A stretch of 64,000 nucleotides of DNA, from positions 2,166 to 66,165 of the forward strand of contig WREI01000005.1 in the NCBI GenBank assembly GCA_009779405.1. The letters are read 5' to 3'. This stretch comes from Clostridiales bacterium. Its GTDB lineage: Bacteria; Bacillota; Clostridia; Christensenellales; CAG-138. Shown here one piece after another: positions 44,418 through 51,678 of this stretch. The notes below the pieces were generated by a model. It was not told the DNA's origin. It did no database searches and saw only the letters and a program-made list of their open reading frames with translations. Position 1 is the first letter of the stretch; every line of letters starts with the position of its first letter. The position numbers and the translations under genes are program-made.

Positions 44418-44831
44418 CTATGCTTTCAGATCCGCAAAGCCGACCACCTCACAGCCGCGCGCGCGGATGGCCGCTTCCGCCTGCTCCCTGCAACGGCTGC
44501 CGCCCGTGGCGGAGACGAGACAGAGGGACACGCGCGCGCCCGCGGGCAACAGGGCGATGGCGGCATGGACGGCGGGCGGCATATGCCCCGCCCATACCGG
44601 GGAGAAGATGTGGATATGCTCGTAGGCCGCAAGATCTGCCGCAAGCTCCTCTATCGGCCAAGCCTTGCCGCGCAGGGCGGCGGCGACGCCCGCCGTGAAT
44701 GCCTTGAGCTTGTTGGGGCGCTTTACATCGCGGATTTCGGCGATATCATCCGCCCCCTCGCGCGACGCGCAGAACTCTGCGCAGGCCTTTGTGTGGCCTG
44801 TGTAGGAATAGTATAGGATCAGATATTTCAT
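44418..44831 (-). CDS. flavodoxin-family protein
   Basis: MKYLILYYSYTGHTK flavodoxin-type N-terminus; start 16 codons inside the ORF. Confidence 0.7.
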   Translation of the reverse strand: MKYLILYYSYTGHTKACAEFCASREGADDIAEIRDVKRPNKLKAFTAGVAAALRGKAWPIEELAADLAAYEHIHIFSPVWAGHMPPAVHAAIALLPAGARVSLCLVSATGGSRCREQAEAAIRARGCEVVGFADLKA

Positions 44832-45370
44832 GTTGTTCCTCCCGTCTTTAGGTGCAATTTTATTTTCTTCACCGCCCAATCATAATGGCTGGCGGTCGCG
44901 GAGATGCAGTATGCGCCAACGCTCGTGCTGCCCGTCCAAGGATAGTGCTGTTTCTCAAAGAGTTCGGCGTCACTCAAGGATTCGATCAGGGCCATAGCCT
45001 GGGCGTGGCTTTCGCGCAGCAGCGCTTCCGCCTGCACATAACTTGTGCCCTGATGCTTTTCCCCAAATTCCACGTTCATATCACCATAGCTCTTCCAGGT
45101 ATGGGGCGCGGGCAGAAAGGGCAGGGGTTCGCCGCGCAGGTTGGATTCCACCCATCGGAGGAGCAAGGAATGCCATTCATAGAGGTGCACCAGCACATCG
45201 CGCAGATTTTTATCGCGCGGCCAGTGCGCTTCCTTTAGCTTTGGATCGTTACCGAAACGGAATTCGGCATCTCGCAGGGCGGGCGGCATAGAAGCAATCA
45301 GGCTCCACATCTTGTTCCATTGCTCGCTTGCGGCGGCGATCAGTTCGGTTTTATTCGTCGGTCGAGGCAT
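44828..45370 (-). CDS. ClbS/DfsB-family four-helix-bundle protein
   Basis: MPRPTNKTELIAAASEQWNKMW.. N-terminus as in ClbS/DUF1706; GGATGG RBS. Confidence 0.7.
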   Translation of the reverse strand: MPRPTNKTELIAAASEQWNKMWSLIASMPPALRDAEFRFGNDPKLKEAHWPRDKNLRDVLVHLYEWHSLLLRWVESNLRGEPLPFLPAPHTWKSYGDMNVEFGEKHQGTSYVQAEALLRESHAQAMALIESLSDAELFEKQHYPWTGSTSVGAYCISATASHYDWAVKKIKLHLKTGGTT

Positions 45371-45384
45371 GGGTTTCCATCCTT

Positions 45385-48132
45385 TCATTTCCTGTTCTTT
45401 CGCCAAGAATAGATGCCGACGGCAAGCCCCGGCAGCGCAATGGCGCCTGCGCCGATCCATACAAACAGGCTGCCGTTCCCGGCGGGCTTTTCGGGGGTCT
45501 CCACTGTGACAACACAGCTTTCGCTATAGTCGCCGTCATTTGTGGTGACGCTGATGACGGTTACACCCGCCGCCTGCGCCGTAACTACGCCGCTCATATC
45601 CACCGTGGCCACGGTGACGTCACCGGATGCCCAGGTCACGGAGACGTCGGTTCCGCCTGTGGACGACACAATGACTGTCAGCGCGGCGCTTTCTCCCACA
45701 AAGAGACGCAGGTGCATCGGGTCCAAGTTCACGCCCGTCACGTGCGCCGCTTCCGCCAAAGTCGTCGCCGTCAGCGCGGATTCCTCGCCATGCCCGGCGG
45801 CATTGACGGCCCGCATCCGGAAGGTATATTCCGTCCCGCTTGAAAGTTCGGTGAAAGTATGTTCGCCCTCTCCGCCCGGTTCCACCCACGCGTCGCCCAT
45901 GGAGACCTGATAGCCAAGAATCTCGCTGCCGCCGTCGTCCTCCGGGGGTTCCCAGCGGATAGTCACAGCATATGCCCCGAGCACGACTGCAAGGTTGCGC
46001 GGCGCGCCGGGCGTGGTATAGACCTCCACCGCGACGGCCTTGCTTGCGACGGTCGCGCTCTTTTCGCCGCTCACGTTGCCGTTGGTGTTGGTTACCTCCA
46101 CATAATAATAGGTCAGGCCCGCGGCGTTTGTGGGCGGATCATATTTGGCCTTGGTCGCGCCGCCGATCTTGCGCCCCTTTGTGTTGCTGTCCGTTTCGCT
46201 CTCATACCACTGATAACTGAGCGTACCCTTGTCGTCTACATCCGCCGTTACGGACAGGGTGAGCTCGTCTCCCAACTCCACCTTGCCGCCCTTGGGCTGC
46301 ACTATGATCTCCGGCGTTTCGGCGTTGACCAAGGCGTTGACCGTGACTTTCGCCGTATTGCTGGCGATGGAAGCCGTTTTATGTCCAGTCGCGTTGTTGT
46401 TGGTGTTCGTCACGATGATGTAATAATAGCTCGTCCCCTCGCGGGCGGTGGAGGGCGTATAGGATGCCTTGGTCGCGCCGCTGATGGCGGTTCCGCCGCT
46501 GTTGCCGTCCTTGCTGTTGCTGTACCACTGATAGGTGAGCGTGCCGCCGTCCGTCACCTCCGCCGCCACCGACAGGGTGATTCCCGCGTTCAGGTGCACG
46601 GTGCCGCCGTTGGGATGGCCCGTGATCTTCGGCGTTTGGGCGTCGATCAGGGCGGCGGGATTCACGATAAGCTTGGCCGCCTTACTGGCAATGGTGGCCG
46701 TTTTCGCGCCGCTTGCGCTGTCGTTGGTGTTGGTGATCGTCACATAATAATAGACAGTCCCGATATTCGCCGTGGAGGGCGCATAGCTTGCCGCGGTCGC
46801 GCCGCTGAGCAGGGTACCGCCGCTGTTGCTCTCGCTGCCGTTGCTGTACCACTGATAGGTGAGCGTGCCGCCGTCGGTCACCTCGGCCATGACCGTCAGG
46901 GTAAAGCTTTCGTTCACCGTCACGGTGCCGCCATTGGGCTGGCCACCAATCTCCGGCGTCTGGGCGTCGACCAAAGCCGGGGCGCTGACCGTGACCTTGG
47001 CCGCGTCGCTGGTGACGGTGGCGCTGTTCGCGCCGATCACGCCGTCATTGGTGTTGGTGATCATCACATAATAATAGACAGTCCCCAAGTCCGCCGTGGG
47101 CGGAGAATAGCTTGCAGCGGTGGCACCGTCAATCGGCGCATCGCTGTACCATTGATAGCTGAGCGTACCGCCGTCCGACACTTCGGCCACAACCGATAGC
47201 GTGACGCTGCCATATTGCTCCACTTCAGCGCCCTTGGGTTGGCCGCTGATCTCCGGTGTCTGGGCGTCCGTGATCGCGCCCACCGTCAGGGTCGCGGTAT
47301 CGGAAACGGCGATACCCGCCATACCCTCTGCCACGCAGCGGAATTGGTTTTCATGTATCGCGTTGCTGACGGCCCGCAGACGCAGGGCGTCCTTGGTCTG
47401 CCCGGCGATATCCTCCCAGGTCGCGCCGCCGTCCACGGAACGCTGCCATTGCAGCGCGGGCGCGGGGGCGCCGATAGCCGAGACCGAGAAGACGATATCC
47501 TGCCCCACCGCCGCGCTTTGGCTCTCGGGCTGGACGGAAAAATCCGGCTCCCGGATCGCTCTCACCTTGGAGAAATGCTCGGTAAACCAAGCCTGCTCAT
47601 AGCCCCCGGCAGCCGGATCGGGGACATAGGCGGTGGCATTTACGCCGTCAAGAAGCCTGTCTCCGATGAGGGGGGCATCGTTGCCCGTAAACAGGATGGC
47701 GGAAAGCCGCGTGCAGCCGCTGAACATGGCATCGGGCAGCATGGGCAGGGCGGGTAATTTCACTGCCGTCAGCGAAGTGCAGTCTTGAAACAGGACGCTG
47801 AACTCCTTCCTGTGGCCGCTGAGGTCCAATTCAGTCAAAGCGGTCAGTTCATTGCGGATAAAATCCTCATCCGCGGCGTTCAGCGCAGACTCGTCCGTCA
47901 GAACCAGTTTCGTCACTTCCCGATAGTCGCTGACATAGGCATCCGCCGCCGCCCGCAACCCGCCGGGCTCCACGGCAGAGAGCGTCAGGGTGCCGTTTTC
48001 ATAGCCCGGAAACGACGCGGACCAGGCGGCAAACATGGGCGGGGGCGCGGATACTTGAGGCCCGCAGGCGCAGCCTGCTACGCAGAGCAGCAGGGCCACG
48101 ATAAAGAGTATGGCATATAACTTCTGTTTCAT
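45385..48132 (-). CDS. large cell-surface lipoprotein: BspA-type LRR region, about six tandem Ig-like repeats, FN3, Big_2, C-terminal TM
   Basis: Lipobox LCVAGCACG; repeated ..GGTLTYQWYSN..GATAASY.PST...GT.YYYV.ITNTN.. units about 105 aa apart; FN3-like PGAPRNL..WEPPEDDGG; AGGGAGAG RBS. Confidence 0.8.
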   Translation of the reverse strand: MKQKLYAILFIVALLLCVAGCACGPQVSAPPPMFAAWSASFPGYENGTLTLSAVEPGGLRAAADAYVSDYREVTKLVLTDESALNAADEDFIRNELTALTELDLSGHRKEFSVLFQDCTSLTAVKLPALPMLPDAMFSGCTRLSAILFTGNDAPLIGDRLLDGVNATAYVPDPAAGGYEQAWFTEHFSKVRAIREPDFSVQPESQSAAVGQDIVFSVSAIGAPAPALQWQRSVDGGATWEDIAGQTKDALRLRAVSNAIHENQFRCVAEGMAGIAVSDTATLTVGAITDAQTPEISGQPKGAEVEQYGSVTLSVVAEVSDGGTLSYQWYSDAPIDGATAASYSPPTADLGTVYYYVMITNTNDGVIGANSATVTSDAAKVTVSAPALVDAQTPEIGGQPNGGTVTVNESFTLTVMAEVTDGGTLTYQWYSNGSESNSGGTLLSGATAASYAPSTANIGTVYYYVTITNTNDSASGAKTATIASKAAKLIVNPAALIDAQTPKITGHPNGGTVHLNAGITLSVAAEVTDGGTLTYQWYSNSKDGNSGGTAISGATKASYTPSTAREGTSYYYIIVTNTNNNATGHKTASIASNTAKVTVNALVNAETPEIIVQPKGGKVELGDELTLSVTADVDDKGTLSYQWYESETDSNTKGRKIGGATKAKYDPPTNAAGLTYYYVEVTNTNGNVSGEKSATVASKAVAVEVYTTPGAPRNLAVVLGAYAVTIRWEPPEDDGGSEILGYQVSMGDAWVEPGGEGEHTFTELSSGTEYTFRMRAVNAAGHGEESALTATTLAEAAHVTGVNLDPMHLRLFVGESAALTVIVSSTGGTDVSVTWASGDVTVATVDMSGVVTAQAAGVTVISVTTNDGDYSESCVVTVETPEKPAGNGSLFVWIGAGAIALPGLAVGIYSWRKNRK

Positions 48133-48152
48133 AAGTCTCTCCCTTATGTGTT

Positions 48153-48980
48153 TTATAATTTTTGGCATTCCTCGCAATAATAGACGCTCCCGCCCATATA
48201 GGCCTCTTTCCGGGCCGCACCGCCACAGTTCGGACAGATGAGGAGCTTATTGTTCTTGCTGAGCTTGGTTTTATAGCCGCCCGGATTGCCAAACAGGTCG
48301 CGCTCGGTCTCGCGGCCGCCCAGGTCCGTCATCTCCCGCAAGGTGGCCTTCATAACGTCGAACAGCTCGCGGCGCTCTGCTTCCGAAAGCGTATGCATCT
48401 TGCGCTTGGGGTGGATTTTGGCGTTCAGCAAAATATCTTGCAGCACGCCGTTGCCGAGGCCCGGTATGCGCTGCTCGGTCGCGAGGAAGGCCTTCGCGCT
48501 CATGCGCTCCCCCTTCTCGGCGAACAGGGTTTGGAAGTGGGCGTAGTCGAAGGCGTCCGACAGGGGCGGGACGGCTTGCTTGGAGACCCGGTAATAGAAA
48601 TTCTCGTCCAGCCCGCCCGCGTCGGCAGCCATAATGCCGCCATACATCGCGACCGTGACGACCAGCGCCGCACCGTCCGTAAAGCGCATCAGCAACTGGT
48701 GCTTGTCCGGCACGGCTTCGCCGAGGGCGTAGTAGCGCAGGATGGTGCCGTCGTTGAGACTGAGGATAGCACCCTCCATTTGGAGCTCCACGCGCCCGCC
48801 ATAAGCGTGGGCCATTTCCACCACGCGGCCGGACAGCAGGGCGTCATAGCTCTCCGGTTCCCCGTGATACCAGGTGAATTTGTGGGGGGATGCGGCGGCA
48901 ATGACGCTTTCAATGCGCTTGCCGCGTATGGTTTCGTTCAGTTGCCCGGCCAGGGCGATGGCTTCGGGTAGTTCGAGCAT
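48153..48980 (-). CDS. Fpg/Nei-family DNA glycosylase homologue
   Basis: MLELPEA N-terminus, H2TH region IPGLGNGVLQDIL, C-terminal zinc finger CPNCGG..CEECQ; AAGGAGG RBS. Confidence 0.8.
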   Translation of the reverse strand: MLELPEAIALAGQLNETIRGKRIESVIAAASPHKFTWYHGEPESYDALLSGRVVEMAHAYGGRVELQMEGAILSLNDGTILRYYALGEAVPDKHQLLMRFTDGAALVVTVAMYGGIMAADAGGLDENFYYRVSKQAVPPLSDAFDYAHFQTLFAEKGERMSAKAFLATEQRIPGLGNGVLQDILLNAKIHPKRKMHTLSEAERRELFDVMKATLREMTDLGGRETERDLFGNPGGYKTKLSKNNKLLICPNCGGAARKEAYMGGSVYYCEECQKL

Positions 48981-49012
48981 GGGGGTTGGCCTCCTTGTTG
49001 GTATGGGTTCTG

Positions 49013-49135
49013 TAATGTTCAATGTTCAACGCGCAATGTTCAATGACGGATGAAACCCCCTGTGGGCGTTTCTTTAATCAAAAAGATGCGCAGCATCTCC
49101 ACCATCATTGCGCGTTGAACATTGCATATTATACA
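49013..49135. repeat. composite palindromic element, family D
   Basis: L arm TAATGTTCAATGTTCAACGCGCAATGTTCAATG 49013-49045; hairpins 49052-49072 and 49084-49098 (followed by CCACC); R arm 49106-49135 covers the stop of 49129-49548. Confidence 0.85.
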
Positions 49136-49548
49136 TTAAAGTCTTCACTCTTAAAACCGGCATAGTACCGCCCGCGCGCCGCCGTAAATTTCAACACACA
49201 ATAGTCCGGGTCGCCGACACCCAGCGGATAATACATGGTATCGCCGACTTCCCATATCTCCTCCTTGATGGCGGCGTCCTCCAGCACTTCCATCGTGCCG
49301 ACGAGCTGCACGCCGCGATAAAATCGGCGGTCATAGAAATAGATGGCGGCCTTGGGATTCCCGCGGTACTGCGCCACGCGCCGTGAACTCGTGTTAGTGG
49401 AAAACCAGAACGCGCGTATGCCCTCGCGCTTGCGCGGCGTGAGCATACATTTCAGGTTGGGGAAGCCATCCGCGTCCACAGACGCGATAAAGCAGTGTTT
49501 CTGTTTTTCGATCAGGTTGCCGATGGTTTGGGTGGGGTCGCGTAGCAT
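49129..49548 (-). CDS. pyridoxamine 5'-phosphate oxidase-family (general stress protein 26-like) protein
   Basis: KHCFIASVDADGFPN..FWFSTNTSSRRV..NPKAAIYF pattern. Confidence 0.75.
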   Translation of the reverse strand: MLRDPTQTIGNLIEKQKHCFIASVDADGFPNLKCMLTPRKREGIRAFWFSTNTSSRRVAQYRGNPKAAIYFYDRRFYRGVQLVGTMEVLEDAAIKEEIWEVGDTMYYPLGVGDPDYCVLKFTAARGRYYAGFKSEDFNV

Positions 49549-49591
49549 GGGGGTGTCCTCCTATTTGGTTTGGCTGGCGGGGATGGGAATG

Positions 49592-49704
49592 GTGAGTTGC
49601 GTGAAGAGTGAAGAGTGAAGAGTTGCGGTAGGAATCGCAAGCGATTCCAAATTTAAATTAGAAATTCCTGCGGAATTTCTGCCTTAACTCTTAACTCTTC
49701 ACTC
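49592..49704. repeat. composite palindromic element, family A
   Basis: L arm 49592-49628; GGT+AGGAATCGCAAGCGATTCC 49627-49648; AGAAATTCCTGCGGAATTTCT+GCC 49660-49683; R arm 49681-49704. Confidence 0.9.
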
Positions 49705-50401
49705 AAAACAACTTCCTCTCCCCCTTAATATCAATACCGCATTCCCGCGCAACACTGCTCTGCTTGAACGGATTGATTTTCAGCACTTCGCCGTCCTTAC
49801 GGAAGAAGGAGCCCGTGTTTTTGAACCAGAAGGTTTTACCTGCGGCTGCGCATTGCTCGCGGATTTGCAGTACCCAGTCATAGTCGCAGACGCGCGCTTC
49901 GCGGCCGCTTTCGCCGCCGACTGTGACGTGTTCCACGCCTTGCAGATAGGGCGTCAAATCAATCGGCCCCAGCAACGGCCCACAGGCGATAAAGCGGCGG
50001 CGGATGGGGAATGAAAGAAACAGGGGCAGGCGTTGATCGGCGATTGCCTGATTCTCCACGGTGCAGCCGAGGTTCACGTTTTCATAGCCATCGCCCCAGT
50101 CGGCGGGCAGGGAGACGGGGAAGCGGTCTATGCGCTTGGTCAGGATAAGGAATTCCAAATCCGGGCGCGCGCGCATCATCGCCCAGGCCTCGGCGCGCCA
50201 CGCGTCCGCTTCGGAAAGAAAGAAGTCCGTGGCAAAGCAGGTGGCGACGATCTTACCGCTTACAATCCGTAAGGGCTTGTCAAACTCGCCGGTCTTGACA
50301 ATCTCGTTCTGCCCATAGCGCTTGCTGTAAGATCCGTAGAAATAGCAATATTTACAGCCCTCGCTGTGCGCATAACAGCCCGTCCACGGCTCCCAGTTCA
50401 T
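49703..50401 (-). CDS. DUF5131 (phage Gp37/Gp68-like) protein
   Basis: MNWEPWTGCYAHSEGCKYCY N-terminus is typical of the family. Confidence 0.7.
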   Translation of the reverse strand: MNWEPWTGCYAHSEGCKYCYFYGSYSKRYGQNEIVKTGEFDKPLRIVSGKIVATCFATDFFLSEADAWRAEAWAMMRARPDLEFLILTKRIDRFPVSLPADWGDGYENVNLGCTVENQAIADQRLPLFLSFPIRRRFIACGPLLGPIDLTPYLQGVEHVTVGGESGREARVCDYDWVLQIREQCAAAGKTFWFKNTGSFFRKDGEVLKINPFKQSSVARECGIDIKGERKLF

Positions 50402-50844
50402 TGCAGTCTCCTCTCCATATACACCTTGTCTTTCAGTACAATACCGTCCTCAATAATCGGCTGCTCGTAGTGCGTCGTAAAATAATCGGGTATCCTGTGC
50501 GTAACCTCAAAGCCCAAGCGCCCGTAAAATCGCAGTATGCCCGACACATCCCCCGTGCCGAGTATCAGCTTGCGCTGGTTGAACCAATAGCGCGCCGCCA
50601 CAAACTCCACCAAGCGAGACGCATAGCCCCGGCGGCGGTAACCGGGGTCGGTGGCGAGGTTTTGGATTTCGATCACCCCGTCGCCCTCAACCGTGACCGC
50701 AATGGCTGCCGCGGGATATTCACCGTCAAACAGCACATACAGCTCCCCGCGCTGCAAATACGCGTCGATTTGGCTCTCCGACTCATCGCCCAAGAGCAAA
50801 AGCGGGAGAAAGGCCTTTTTGTTTGCGGCGATGCGCTCAATCAT
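50398..50844 (-). CDS. GNAT-family N-acetyltransferase
   Basis: IQNLATDPGYRRRGYASRLV motif; start MIERIAANKK overlaps the upstream stop. Confidence 0.7.
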   Translation of the reverse strand: MIERIAANKKAFLPLLLLGDESESQIDAYLQRGELYVLFDGEYPAAAIAVTVEGDGVIEIQNLATDPGYRRRGYASRLVEFVAARYWFNQRKLILGTGDVSGILRFYGRLGFEVTHRIPDYFTTHYEQPIIEDGIVLKDKVYMERRLQ

Positions 50845-51400
50845 TGCCGAAATACTCCCTTGCCAAAATCCCATAATACGCCGCGTCGCAAAACCCAATC
50901 TGATTGTTCCTATCCGCTTCGCGCAGGGTACCCTCGTAACGCAGGCCCGCCTTCTGCATCACCTTGCCGCTGTTCGGGTTGCGTGGGTCGTGGCGGGATT
51001 CGACGCGGTTCACGCCCACTTCTTCAAAGAAAAAGCGCACCAACCGCCGCAGAGCTTCGCTCGCAACGCCCATATGCCACCAAGTTCGACCGATGCAATA
51101 GCCGACATGCACCATGCGCGTGTCTTCGTTTTGGTGCACCGCGGCGATGCTGCCGACAAGCTCGCCGCTTTCCCGGATTTCGATGGCCCAGCTGTAGTGG
51201 TTCGGCTTCTCATAGGCCGCTTCCCATATCGCAAGTATTCTCTGCGTCTCCGCAATATCGCCGTGCGGTTGCCAGGTCAAAAATTTCGTCACCTCCGCGT
51301 CGTTCGCCCAGTTATAGAACATGGCGGGGGCATCCGCCGTTGTGAAACGGCGGAGCGTCAGGCGGGAGGTTTCGAGTTGTACGGTGCCAAGGTGGTGCAT
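50837..51400 (-). CDS. GNAT-family (RimJ/RimL-type) N-acetyltransferase
   Basis: LETSRLTLRRFTTADAPAMF..; GYCIGRTWWHMGVASEAL. Confidence 0.8.
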   Translation of the reverse strand: MHHLGTVQLETSRLTLRRFTTADAPAMFYNWANDAEVTKFLTWQPHGDIAETQRILAIWEAAYEKPNHYSWAIEIRESGELVGSIAAVHQNEDTRMVHVGYCIGRTWWHMGVASEALRRLVRFFFEEVGVNRVESRHDPRNPNSGKVMQKAGLRYEGTLREADRNNQIGFCDAAYYGILAREYFGND

Positions 51401-51417
51401 GGGGGGCTCCTTTGTAC

Positions 51418-51545
51418 AGTGAAGAGTTAAGAGTGAATAGTGAAGAGTTATGGTAGAAATGCCTGCGGCATTTCTGCAACTAAAAGCTTAAATAAAAACA
51501 GCTTGCTGTTTTTACCGCAACTCTTCACTACTCTTCACTCTTCAT
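51418..51545. repeat. composite palindromic element, family A
   Basis: L arm 51418-51453; GGT+AGAAATGCCTGCGGCATTTCT 51452-51475; AAAAACAGCTTGCTGTTTTT+ACC 51494-51516; R arm 51515-51545. Confidence 0.9.
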
Positions 51546-51599
51546 TTAATTATAACAGACTCCGCGCACATATACACGTATTTTTTACAATTCGACACC

Positions 51600-51657
51600 T
51601 TGCATTCGATTTTCGCATATGCTATCATACAAACAGTTGAACAGATGCTCAACTGTT
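51600..51657 (+). promoter_or_regulatory. promoter TTGCAT-17-TATCAT, then operator-like inverted repeat AACAGTTGA-N8-TCAACTGTT (51632-51657) upstream of the P-type ATPase
   Basis: TTGCAT 51600-51605; TATCAT 51623-51628; the 9-bp inverted repeat overlaps the expected transcription start. Confidence 0.6.
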
Positions 51658-51678
51658 GGTATATAGGAGGTTCGGGGT

